DNA of 64,000 nt from Cirrosporium novae-zelandiae (taxonomy: Eukaryota). The stretch's first letter is position 1; the number at the start of each line of letters is the position of its first letter. Below are positions 52,306-64,000 of this stretch, piece after piece. The position numbers were made by a program, and so were the translations under genes. Under the pieces are notes generated by a model. It saw only the letters and a list, made by a program, of their open reading frames with translations, was not told where the DNA came from and did not search any database. Location: assembly GCA_026023565.1 (NCBI GenBank), contig JAPETS010000007.1, positions 186,001-250,000 on the forward strand, in the 5' to 3' direction.

Positions 52306-55300
52306 ATGGATCAACATATCACTTTTGATATTAATGAACACCTAAAATATTATCTTAGTGATCCCGCGACGATTCCAACGCTAGAAGCCGACCCCTCATT
52401 GACCGATTGTGAAAATGATCCCGAGTCTCTCACGCACGCCTTAGTGAACACTGTATTGAATCCCATCGTAGATGCCGTTACAGAAAACCCTGAGGCTATC
52501 ACAAGGAGCTCCATATTTGACTCCCTACAATTCCTTCTCAAGTGTGTTCCAATTTCCAAAGTAACTCAACAGACCTACACTACCGAACCAGAATCTGAAC
52601 TATTTGCCCGCTCTAGGTCTTCCACTTTTATCCCTCCTCATGCCCTCAGCAAGATTTTTGATCTTATAATCTCTGGATTGTCAACGGAAGGCGATATTGT
52701 CAACAGCGATGCCGAAGCCGAGGAACAGGATGCCGCTCAGCAACACAAACAACTATTGGAGATCTATGCTTTTCTCCTACAGTGGTGCATTTCAGCAGTT
52801 GAAACGAAAGCTGCTGAGAGGCCTGCCGTAACAGTAGTGAGTCGTCGGGGAGGAAAATCAAAATCGAAAGCCACAGGAAAAGATGGAAATTGGGACTCAT
52901 CCAACCAGTTGCAGATAGCAATGGAGACTATGTGTAAAGTACTCAAGTTAAAGCTTGGGAAGATCTTTGTGACAACATCAGAACGGGAGACTTTTGTCAG
53001 TCTCTTTACTCGATCCGTTTATCTGGTCTTGGAAAACGAACAAAGAGTCAAGAACGTCAATATTAGGATGCATGTTTTCAAGGTGCTATGTATCGCGGTC
53101 AAACACCACGGGCATGCTTATGGTAGCTTTTGCCCGCCTATTTAATACGGTTCCTAGCTAAAAATATTTCTAGGTGCCCAAACGTCAATCGTGCAGAACT
53201 TAACATATTTTGAGCATCTATCGGAGCCCATGGCCGAATTCCTTCAGATTTTATCAGAGCAATATGATTACCCCCAACTGACAGACGAGATCCTGCGGTA
53301 AGCAGAGTGGACCTTCTGATTCTAAAAGAAATCGAACTTACTCTTTTCTAGAGAGTTGAGCAATAAAGAATTCAATAGCAATGACACGAAAGGCCCAAAG
53401 TCTGTAGCAACTTTTATCATCAGGCTCTCGGACCTTGCACCTAGACTTGTTATCAAACAAATGACTCTTGTTGCAAAGCAATTAGATAGTGAGGTAAGAC
53501 CCCTTATCTTAATCTGATGGATCGATGCCAATATATATATATATATGGATCATTATGCCCAAGAAGTGATAATTCGGGTTAAAGTGATGATAGATTATAT
53601 TTGGAGATTTAACTATTATTGACTAATTGATGAAAGGCATATATCCTCCGGTGCGCTGTTATTGAGGCTTGTGGTAATCTTATTGCCGATCTCAGTAAGC
53701 AAGAAGAACGGAGCGAAAACCACAAGAGCCAGATGAATGCCTTCTTTGATGTTCTCGAAGAGCGTTTCCTTGACATCAACCCGTATTGCAGGTGTCGTGC
53801 TATTCAAACCTACGTGAAACTTTGTGAGCTTGAACAAAAATTTCCAAAGCGAAGACAAATAGTGGCCGAACTTGCCATGCGGAGTTTGGAAGATAAGAGT
53901 AGCAACGTTAGGAGAAACGCCATCAAACTCCTTGGGAAATTGGTATCTACACACCCATTTAGCGTGATGCACGGTGGACAGTTATCGTACAAGGACTGGA
54001 ACCAACGACTAGAAGCTGTACAAGAGGAACTAGATACACTGCAGCCGATGCCGGATCCTAATGCTACTGGTGCTGGAGAACACACAGTAGACACTGCCCT
54101 TCTTGACGAGGCAACCGTGGTGGAAGATTCCTCGCCCAAAAAGGATATGCCAATGACCGAAGAACAGCAGGCTGCGGCACTGAAGAAGGCAGCCGAGGAA
54201 GCTGCTAATTCGGAGATGATAGCCAGGCTTCAACTGACCAGAAAATATTATATTGAGGCGTTAAAATTCATTGAAGTTCTGCATGACGCTTCACCTATAG
54301 TATGCCAGCTCTTATCTTCTAGAAATAAGAGCGAAGTTATCGAAGCCATGGACTTCTTTAAAGTCATCGATGCGTATAAGGTTCAGACTGCCAGAATTGG
54401 GATCCGTCGAATGCTTAGGCTCATCTGGACTAAGGGAAATAGTGATGAAGGTAAAGGTGTCCAGACACATCTCATAGACTGCTACAAAAGTCTGTTTTTT
54501 GATGCCCCAGACTCATTCGGTGCAAATGATGCAGCAAACTATATTGCTCGGAATATGATCAGCTTAACTTTTGGAGCAACACCTGCGGAGCTGACTTCTC
54601 TTGAACAACTGTTGAGTACAATGATGAAAGCTGGACATATCTCCGAGCTCGTAATTTCAAAATTGTGGCAAGTGTATGGTGTGCAGAAAAGAGATATTTC
54701 AAGGACGCAGAGACGAGGAGCCATCATTGTTTTGGGAATGTTGGCGTTAGCGGACCCAGAAATTGTAGTTAAAGAGATGGAGACGATGCTTCGCATTGGA
54801 CTTGGTGCTTTAGGAAGATCAGACTTCGTCCTGGCCCGATACACCTGTCTTGCTTTGAGGCGGATAAACCCTACCGGCCGACAAGCAAAGGGTAAGATAC
54901 AATATCCATCCCGAGCATGAAGTTAACACTGACCTTCATTAGAAACAGCAAAACCCAAACTTCCAAATTCTCACGCCATTCTTACTAAGCTCGCTTCTAT
55001 GATTGAGGTTGTCTCTGACAGTAAAGAATGGTTAGCTTTCTTCATTTCTTCAATTAATATATTCTATCTGCTGACTTCTCCCAGGTTCGGCGTCGCAGAA
55101 CAAGCCATAAGTGCTATTTATGCGCTCTCGAATCATCCGGATGTCTTGTGCACAGAGATTCTAAGACGGAAGACAAGACACGTTTTCCAACAGCGGCAGA
55201 GAACGCCAACGTTAACGCCGGCATCACCGTCAGAAATCGCAGATGGAGATGGGAATGGGGATGGAGATGGCCAATCTGCTTCGCCCCAACCCCAGTCAGC

Positions 55301-56392
55301 ACCTTCCGAGAAAGCTCAGAAGGGATCATTAGCATTGTCACAACTTCTCTTCATCGTTGGCCACATCGCAATAAAGCAGATTGTCCACTTGGAGCTGACT
55401 GAACTGGAGTTCAAACGGAGGAAACAAGAACAAGAAAGAAACAAGACTGCTAACCCGGCTTCAGACAAGAGAAAGTCAACAGAACAGGACGAGCTGGATA
55501 TGATCGGGGGAACAACTGAAGACGACTTTACTGAAGCAATGGCTCACATCCGAGAACGGGAGCTCCTCTACGGCGAGAACTCTATCCTTTCTAACTTCGG
55601 GCCATTAGTCACAGAAATTTGCTCCAACAACACCAGTTATCTAGACCATAACCTCCAAGCAGCGGCAACCCTCTGTATGGCCAAACTAATGTGTGTCTCA
55701 GCTGAATACTGCGAAAAAAACCTTCCCCTCCTTATTACCATTCTCGAACGCTCCGACGATCCTATCATTCGTAGCAACGTCGTCATCGCTCTTGGTGACA
55801 TGGCTGTCTGCTTCAACCATCTCATTGACGAGAACACTGATTTCCTCTACCGTCGTCTCAACGATGATGATGCTATGGTCAAGCGGACTTGTCTCATGAC
55901 ACTCACTTTCCTTATCTTAGCTGGACAGGTAAAGGTCAAGGGACAATTAGGAGAAATGGCTAAATGTTTGGAGGATGAGGACCGCAAGATTGCTGATTTG
56001 GCACGAATGTTCTTCACAGAGCTCTCCACCAAGGATAATGCGGTGTATAATCATTTTGTAGATATGTTTAGTTTGCTGACTGCGGAGGAGAATTTAGAGG
56101 ATGATGCGTTTAAGAGGATTGTTAAGTTCTTAACTGGCTTTATTGAGAAGGTAAGCACGGCGTACCAAAGACTTATTGTCAAAACCACTAATTTACTAAT
56201 ATCCTTTATTAGGACAAGCACGCGAGACAACTGGCAGAAAAACTCGCTGCTAGGCTTGCAAGATGCGAGTCAGAGAGACAGTGGAACGATGTTTCTTATG
56301 CCCTATCATTGCTGCAACATAAGAACGAGGATATCCAAAAGGTTGTTGCTGAGGGGTTCAAGAAGGTTATGGCTGAGTCGTCTAACGCATGA
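52306..56392 (+). CDS. YCS4: Condensin subunit 1 (CAP-D2/Cnd1)
   Basis: Introns 52542-52616, 53123-53173, 53298-53351, 53494-53636, 54892-54942, 55031-55084, 56151-56212; motifs LEERFLDINPYCR, IRSNVVIALGDMAVCF, LILAGQVKVKGQLGEMAKCL. Confidence 0.93.
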
Positions 56393-56692
56393 TGCTTGTG
56401 AGTAACGATGAATGAAATTAATACTATCCAAGGTTTCTAGTAGTATTTAGAGGGGGGGTGGAATGTACTAGTCACAGGGAGGGGCATAGTTGTCGGGGAA
56501 TTAGGGGTAGTTTTTCCGACAGGTCCATGGTATATTATAATACTTTTTCGTTGCCCAATGCAAGCTTAAGAACTTCATTACAAAGCTTCGTCTTCTCACG
56601 AAAGCCAGATTTTTTACAAGTTTCACAGTTCGTTCCATTCATTTCGCCTAAAAAAAGCTACCGACTTATTTCCCTCCTTTACATTTAGCCGC

Positions 56693-58705
56693 TTAATTCA
56701 TCGGTTCCTCGGCGACAAAATGTAAATAGCTTCCTAACAGTTTCGTCCCCTCGATATAGTTTCTTATATCTAGCTTTTCATTGATCGAGTGCGCCGCATC
56801 GGTCGAACTTCCCATGGGCAACAACAACACGTTCTTCCCTGTCGCTTGCTCAAAGGTTAGGGTCACCGGAATACTGCCTCCCTCTCTCGTCATATCAGGC
56901 TTGACTCCATAAACGGCTTCTGTGGCCTTGCTGCCAGCCGAGAAGTTCCAATGGCTTGGAGACGACTTCCACCACATCCCGGCGTGTAGAAGCTCGACTT
57001 TCATGGTGTTCTTGGAGTTGAATTTAGAGAATTCAGAATTAAGGTAGGAGAAGACAAGATTGTCGATATCGGCCGGTTGCATGTCGGGCACGGTTCGGAT
57101 AGAGAATTTACCAGAGACTTTGGCGGGGATGACGGTTTTGGCGCTATGTGGAGGATGGGGTTAGTTGGATTTGAAAGAGTAGGTAGAATGGAAGGGGTAT
57201 AGCCTACCCAGGAGCAGAGAAAGCACCTTCAATGCCGTGTATTGAGAGGGAAGGGTATCGCCAGCGTGCCATGAGGGTAGCTTCTTTGGTGGGATGGATT
57301 GAGGTTTCTGAGCCCAGAGATGTATGCAGATCTGTCATGCTAAAACTAATGCCCTCATATAATTCTTTCTCTTCATCCGTCAACGGTGCTACTAAGTCCA
57401 CCAGGCCTGGAATCTTAATTTTCCCTGTCGCCGGCTCGACGAGAGTGGATAGTAGATGGGTAAGGTCAGTCATGGGCTCTTGGGCTGTCCCACCAAAGAC
57501 GCCGGAATGAAGATCTTGGCGGGGACCGGAGATCGTTATGGAGTAGTAACTGCATCCGCGGAGGCCGTATGTCAAGCACGGCTTCTCAGTACCAAGCCAG
57601 TAATTGTCAGATATGCAGACAGCATCTACACCTTCGAAAAATCCACCTTCTTGCCCTTCTTTCACAATGAGGTCGTCCAGGCCTTCGGACCCGTATTCTT
57701 CCATCCCTTCGAAACACATCAACAGATTGACAGGGAACTCAATTCCTGCAGACTTATGCGCCTCAATAGCATTCAGCCAACCCAAAACAGGACCTTTGTC
57801 GTCAGTGCTGCCGCGACCGTACATACGCCCAGTTTTTTCATCCACTGTAAGGGTCCAAGGGTCGGTGGCCCAGCCATCTTCAAGTAATGCGGGCTGTACA
57901 TCGTAATGCCCATATACGAGAATTGTACGCTTCTTTGGGTCAGAGCCATAACGTGCCAATATGACGGGAGGGAGGTTGAGGTGTGGCTTTCCAGGTTGTT
58001 TGCCAAGAGGACGAGGGGTAACGGTGGCGCCGAGAGATTCTAAGGTTGTTTGGAGGAATTTCCCCATGCGGACGACATCTGGTCGTCGGTCTTCGTCGGC
58101 AGAGACGGAAGGAATTGCAACAGCTTGACGGAGGCCTACAGGGAAAGAGTGTTAATGGATATAAGTTGCAGAAACTTCTTTTGAAGAGATATAATATGAC
58201 ACCCTCATAGAACATGCGTAATCCATAAACGCAAACGTATGATAGAAGAAAATTAGGTATCGGGAAAGGTGGATAGCTTGCTTTGATCTCGAAAATGCGG
58301 ATATAGAAATGTGGACATATAAGGGGCAGGCAAAACAACCCCGCCCTCCCAATGATAAGGTAGAGGGGAGGATTAGGGAAAATGGGCAACGGAACCGACG
58401 TACGGTCAATGAAGGAATCAGATAGGGTATTAACTCTAGTATACTGGTTAGGGTTTCTGTATCTATCCTATGTATGACGAAGCGCGAGCTTACTGCTTGA
58501 AATACTTGTCTAATTGCGGGGCCATCTTGGAGGAGGAGGAGCTTAAGCGAAAGTGGGAAAGTATTCTAGAAGTGGATAGTGGAGGGTAATATGCTGAAGG
58601 GATGAATATGTTTGCTCTTCTTAAAGAGGAAGAGAATCTGGAAGGCAGACTGTGGGAACGGAGAGCAGCTGTAATAGTCGTGGAGAGGGGCAGATAGAGG
58701 GGCAT
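56693..58705 (-). CDS. DUG1: Cys-Gly metallodipeptidase (M20A)
   Basis: Exons 58705(or 58525)-58494, 58435-58404, 58135-57208, 57143-56693; YGHYDVQPA, GRGSTDDKGP, FEGMEEYGS, DLHSGVFGG, REGGSIP, AHSINEK. Confidence 0.94.
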
Positions 58706-59290
58706 TTGGAGTTGAGGAAGTACTATGTATGTATGTATTACTTCCGTATGTCTTGTATTGGATACCACTGGATGATACGGCGGCCGCTAGCTCGCTTTTC
58801 TCGCTACACTATCACCCTACAGTAATTATCAGATGACTACTTAGGTACCTAGGTATCAAATAGACCTTGTGAGTATTTTGATAAGATAATTTGTAATATG
58901 ATATTATCTTTTTTATGGTAAAGCTTAGAGTGCCACTTTACGAGAGGGAGAAAGAGAAGAATATCATACAGCACATGCGATAATGACAGGCTCATGCTAG
59001 CTAGAATTTTTACTAACCTGCAGGTCTTAGACCTGAACTTGATAGATATTTATACAGAAGAATCACATCTTTCTTCTACAACCTTCAACAGACTGCATAA
59101 TATTGCAATAGCACATGGAAAGGGTTCTCCCGTCCTCTACCTAGGATAGGAAATACATGGTCAACCTACGAACCAAATATAGACAGTAAAGTGGTCTTTA
59201 TCCCTCTTCACATTCGGCTCAATTGGATTAGCATAGCAATTGAATGTCGCTAACCCAAGATTGCCCGCCCATGTCTCAATATGCTTGCTT

Positions 59291-59905
59291 TTACGCATCT
59301 CTTCCCCAAGCTTCCCTTCTTCTGACCCTATCCTCCCTGGCTTCCCTCCGTCTCCGGCCCCATTTATCCTTGACTAAATCCACAATCTCTTGCTGTTTAT
59401 CCAAGTGCGATTTGGGGGCTTGACAGACCATGCTAATTAACAGGGTCGAACAGTCAAACTTCTTTGCCAGAGCTAATACGCCCCATTTCACCGGGTCTTC
59501 CGTCCGTAACCGTCTAATTTCGGCTAAGTCCTCTTTCTTCAGGTGATATCGTTTCTCATAGGGTTTATGAACCGCTGGAGGCAGCCTTGAGTCTTTGATG
59601 GAATCTGCACCTTCACGGGCTGCTGCTTGAACATAGAGCTGCCTTCGTCTGTCGTTTATGGGAAGAAATTTGAGAGGTGTGTGATAAACGGAAGGAACTG
59701 ATGAGGGAGGATTGAAGACAATATGGTCCTGAACTGAGCTTGGGTTAAGGAGAAAGGAATCATCTGGTTTCACACGAAGGCGCTTTTGTGTCCGGCGAAA
59801 GGAGGATTGATGGCGGCGGGCGATAACTTGGGGGATGGAGGTAGACCAGGATGGAGCAAGAAATGGAAGGCCCAACCATGGACGACGAGGAAGGACGACA
59901 CTCAT
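59291..59905 (-). CDS. MRPL20: Mitochondrial large-subunit ribosomal protein mL58
   Basis: First ATG at 59905; HIVFNPPSSVPSVYHTPLKFLP, KRYHL..EDLAEIRRLRTEDPVKW..LAKKFDCS typical of the family. Confidence 0.87.
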   Translation of the reverse strand: MSVVLPRRPWLGLPFLAPSWSTSIPQVIARRHQSSFRRTQKRLRVKPDDSFLLNPSSVQDHIVFNPPSSVPSVYHTPLKFLPINDRRRQLYVQAAAREGADSIKDSRLPPAVHKPYEKRYHLKKEDLAEIRRLRTEDPVKWGVLALAKKFDCSTLLISMVCQAPKSHLDKQQEIVDLVKDKWGRRRREAREDRVRRREAWGRDA

Positions 59906-61150
59906 TATCTGGATGAAGGAAGAAAAAGGATTATTATTAGAGGAGTAGAGAGTGTCTTTTTTGGATTCTTTCTTTCTTCTAGCTTGTCCTGCTTCAGCTA
60001 GTAGGAAGGAAGCAGTAAAGCAAAGTTTTAGTAAGTTTTGGTAAGGCTTCAACTTCAGGCTTCCAAAAAGAATGGCACGGGGGAAAATGATGAATTCTTT
60101 CCGACTTTTAATTGTGGTGTTGCCTCAGGCATTTAGATGTCCTCAGGCTACTAATTAACTTCCAAAGTTCCCGTTGCTGTGAAACTGCAAATTATTAGCT
60201 TAACCGAATTGACTTTTTAGGGGCCGCCCCTTGGCCCCTCAACCCCCCAATCAACCCCAATAAAAGGGTAGTTAGGCTTAAAAGGTTTGAAAAGGACTTC
60301 CGTTTAGCCCAATCCTACCCAATCCTTAAGGCACCCTTTGGACCATTTGACCCATTTAACGGGGCTTAACCCATTCAAGTCTTTGGTTCTAACCTGTGAG
60401 ATCTCATGGGAAAGAGCCTTGGGAGTCCTGGGAGGCACTGGAGACCCTTTCGCTGCTTCCGAACCGGCTCTGGATTATTCGCTCCCCTGTCTATTCCGTA
60501 CACAGCGGCGTCATAACCCTCAGCCGTCACGAGTTCAACTCCAATTCTGCTTCCAGAACACCGTATTCAACCGTTTCTCATTCCCTTTCATCCATTTCCC
60601 TGCCATTGCTGCCCTGTTTCCATTGCCTGTTGTTCCTGCTGCCACCGAGAACACACCTGCTCAACTCGTTCCTGCTCTGTCACTCCATGCTGTCAGAACC
60701 TCCATATTCTCAATCGTTGTCTAACTTAAATAATACCAGATACCACCAATAAGCCTGGTCTCATCCGACATCACACTTTTATCCCCCAAGTCGCACAACT
60801 ATCCCAATATCGTCTGACTTTCTATTGTCCTTGGCTCTTCTGCCCTCCACGCTCAACTGCTATTCTATCTCCAACCTACATCTGCCTCCTTCAGTGTTCC
60901 GCTATCGCAGCATGCTTCTTCAACACCCTTAGCAATTGTTGCAGCATCTCATTCCCCGCTTCGTTTTCAGCCAGTGCTGGTGGAAACAAATTGGAGTAGA
61001 ATTTATTTTTTACAACAGATAACCATCGGTTACTGCAGAGGCACCTTAAAGAACGCGTGGTGTCTTACGTTTACTAGGCACACAAACCACCGCTTCGGGC
61101 GGCGTGACCCCCAGAGAAACATCTCTTAAGCTCATTTTTTTGAGTTTACC

Positions 61151-62269
61151 ATGGCCGCGGTAGAGGGAGAAACTTCCAGTGTAGTTAATGCTACATCGAC
61201 CTCCCAACGCTCCTCCATTCCCCGCCTTGGTGAAGGGTTTACCGAGAATACTACAAAGGCTGTTCATCAACCGATAGCGAGCCACGATGGAGCGGAAAAG
61301 GGCACAGGTACATCGGAAGGAACAGCAAAACATGGAAAGCGGCGATTCTGGGGCCTGGGAAAGAGGAAGGACACCAAGGAGAAACATAAGGGAGACGCAG
61401 GACATGAAATTGACGAAGGCACAAGAACATCTACTCAAGTCCACTCAATGACACCACCACCCCCTCCAAACCCCCACGGATCACCGAATATTTCGGTTTC
61501 CCCCAACAGGCGGTCTCAAATAGCTTCCTCTCCTATCCCGCACCTCCCTTCCTCCCGTGTCGTTTCTCCTGCTTCGTCGCAAATATTCGAGCGTGATGTT
61601 CAAGAAGATGTCAATGCTCCTCAGACATCCCCCGCCATCCCAGCCCATATCATCACGGAGAATCATATCCCACCTGTTTTAGAGGCTTCATCAGAAGCTC
61701 TTACAAATAGTCAACTTGATCCCGATCATGTTGAAATTGTCATGCATTCGGCACACCAACCTGCTGCTGCATCTGTGAAAGGAATGATTCACAGCGAGGC
61801 AACCAGCCCAATCCCAGATGAGCCTACTTCTCCCCTTGATAGCGAGGAAATGACCGAGAAGTACGACGGCTTAGATGGCCCAGATGTGCGTCGTCTGAGT
61901 TTTGTTTCGTTTGCAGATGTGGTTCATTCTGAAAACGCGGAACACAGTACTGTTACGTCACCCCTTCCAATGTCTGCCCGGGCTACATCTCCTGTGCGGT
62001 CCCTCAACCCGTCATCTTCTCAAGATTATGGGTGTTCCCCTCCATCCAGCATGTCAACGTCCTTCCATGAAGCTTCGCCAAGCAGGGATGGAAGAGCGCC
62101 AGGAAGTCCCAGGTCACCGCAAAGCCCACCAATTGGAAGCGAATTAACAGTGGAGACGATGCGTCAAGCACTGAGAAAGACTGGCAGCAGGGATTTTGGA
62201 TCTATTCGGAGTCAGCCACTGAGCGCAGTAGGAGAGGACGATGGTATTTCGGAACGGCATATTCGTTGA
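61151..62269 (+). CDS. Conserved hypothetical Ser/Pro-rich protein (372 aa)
   Basis: Intronless ORF, strong context ACCATGG, short conserved-looking blocks SQIFERDVQE, HIITENHIPPVLEASS, RRLSFVSFADVV; long pyrimidine-rich leader upstream. Confidence 0.75.
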   Translation: MAAVEGETSSVVNATSTSQRSSIPRLGEGFTENTTKAVHQPIASHDGAEKGTGTSEGTAKHGKRRFWGLGKRKDTKEKHKGDAGHEIDEGTRTSTQVHSMTPPPPPNPHGSPNISVSPNRRSQIASSPIPHLPSSRVVSPASSQIFERDVQEDVNAPQTSPAIPAHIITENHIPPVLEASSEALTNSQLDPDHVEIVMHSAHQPAAASVKGMIHSEATSPIPDEPTSPLDSEEMTEKYDGLDGPDVRRLSFVSFADVVHSENAEHSTVTSPLPMSARATSPVRSLNPSSSQDYGCSPPSSMSTSFHEASPSRDGRAPGSPRSPQSPPIGSELTVETMRQALRKTGSRDFGSIRSQPLSAVGEDDGISERHIR

Positions 62270-64000
62270 TCCATAATGGATGAGGATACATCATGTTATT
62301 TGAGTTTGTTGGAGGTTTGGTGACTCTGGAGGCTTTGGGAATTGTTAGGTTTTATTTATTTTTTTGAAGTGTACATCAACTAGCAACTATCAAAGGAAGA
62401 AATGGGGGGGAGGCTTGGAGTGCCAGAATTAGTTATGTGAAGCCCGAGGTGCCTTCTTAATGGTTTTATGATAGCTCATGCCTACAATCAATGGGTGCGG
62501 TATTTTGGACGTTGGTGATTACAAGTTAGACTCGCAAATGAAATAAGGGTAGAAATGGTAAAAATTGCGGTTCCATTTGAACATGTATTTCTGTCAGTTG
62601 TTCAGGGTCAGGGTGGTGGAATATCCCAAGTTGAGAAAGTGGAAAAATTGGGCGAAGGTAAGTAGAGTAAGAGAACCGAAAGGTGAAGATTAGTGGAGAT
62701 AGAGTTTACACCTCAGGAGTATATTCAGGCATCCAACTCTTTGGCAGTCTTTGAAGACCTGAAGGGGGGTTGGTCATGGGTAGTCATGGGCTTTGGAGAG
62801 ACCGTGGGGAGTTGTGACAGGCATTCATCCTAGCTTAGAATGCCTGCATGGCAAATTGAACAGCAATGCGAGTGTGGAGAAAGCCGCTCGAGGCCCTTTT
62901 TAAAGGAACAAGGAATTGAAATAATGTTTTGGAGGATTGATTGATTTCTACATGGTTAGATAGTGGGATTACACGCGATAGGATACAAGTGAGGATTGTA
63001 CCAGACAGCATTTGTCCTGGGTGGTACTTTGGTAGTACTTGGTTGTATCTGTCCTTTGCTTCCATGTAACAGGTAGAGTAGACTGACCCGCTCATTCGGA
63101 GCCCCAGTTGACAAAGCTTGGAACATGGACCCAAGACCGAATAGTCACGACCCCCAAAGACTGAAGAAAAACAACAGCAGAAAGAAAAAAGAAAGAAAAA
63201 ACGAAGAAAGGGAAAAAGAACAAGAAAGAGAAAAGGAAAGAGGAAAAAAAATAAAACGAGGAAAAGAGAGGTTGGAAGAGTTTACTAGGAGATTTCATAT
63301 TTAAAAATCATCTTGGATTTATATATATCCTCATGTACCTATGTGGTTTATATATGATTTCTGTGACGAATATGCCCAAAGTAAAATCATGATCTTACGG
63401 AATGGAAATAATCAAAAGAAAATTCCTTCCATGGCCTTTACTTTTTCGTTGTTTAGCTACTTAAAACTTCTCACGAGCATAGTTGTTGGTGATGGACCGG
63501 CGCCAAGACTAATGTTCCGCAACCTAACGGCTCTCAATCTTCAACTAAGACTAAGACTTGCTAAGCTGTAATAATCCGTCCACCATGGCCTTCAAGTTAG
63601 AACCATATTAAACTTGCCAGACTCTCCGGTTTCCTGATCCGTGGCTGTCAAAACCTTTTGCACCGTGTCAATGCTGTTGTAAAGCCTTGGCTTCATCCAA
63701 TTTTCCATTTTCCATTTGCCATCTTCCGTCTACCATATTCCATCTTCACATCTTTCATTCCCGCCCTCCCCCCCCATCTCTCTCTAACAAGCCCTCTCAA
63801 CTTGGTGGCTTCCAGAGACTACTTAGCTCGTCTATATCACGCCGAGTCTGATTAAGGCCCGTTAGCTGTCTTTGTGCGTCGTCCTTCCATCGTCCGGTCC
63901 GACTCCAAATCCCTTTCATCCCTTCTCTATGAGACCAAGGCCAATCTTGTGCGACTTTACAGAGCACTATCATCGCAAATACCTATAGTGCCATGCGCCG

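Noticed and set aside
59906..60052. N-terminal extension of MRPL20 in the ORF track
   Set aside because: Starts at TTG in leader-like sequence; the ATG at 59905 already gives a plausible presequence.

Overview
Gene-dense euchromatic window from a filamentous ascomycete (Pezizomycotina-type GT-AG introns with CTRAY branch sites), not a prokaryote. Manual splicing supports about 19 protein-coding genes: 3' end of SYS1, an orphan secreted protein, COG5, an SMS-2/PpdB-clade Argonaute, a VanZ-like membrane protein, a tyrosine phosphatase, a small MRX7-like protein, a YMC1-like mitochondrial carrier, a Q/G/Y-rich glycine-zipper protein, MRP4, an HSP12-family protein, the SR-like GBP2/HRB1 (snxA) orthologue, a Sec7-PH Arf-GEF, ApsB/Mto1, a 12-exon RPL28 invisible to the ORF track, CDC7, condensin YCS4, DUG1, MRPL20 and a conserved hypothetical protein. 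There is also an intron-retaining PRISE-like SDR pseudogene. The most interesting signal is at RNA level: several unusually long introns (RPL28 introns 2, 3, 6; GBP2 intron 2; two Argonaute introns) fold by eye into long G-U-containing stems on the transcribed strand that bridge, or mask, splice signals. In GBP2 a 23-bp helix starts exactly at a cryptic 3' splice site leading to a premature stop. The Argonaute appears to have two alternative first coding exons. No tRNA, rRNA, CRISPR or intact transposon was seen. All family calls are from motif recognition, not database searches; all pairings were read by eye, not computed.
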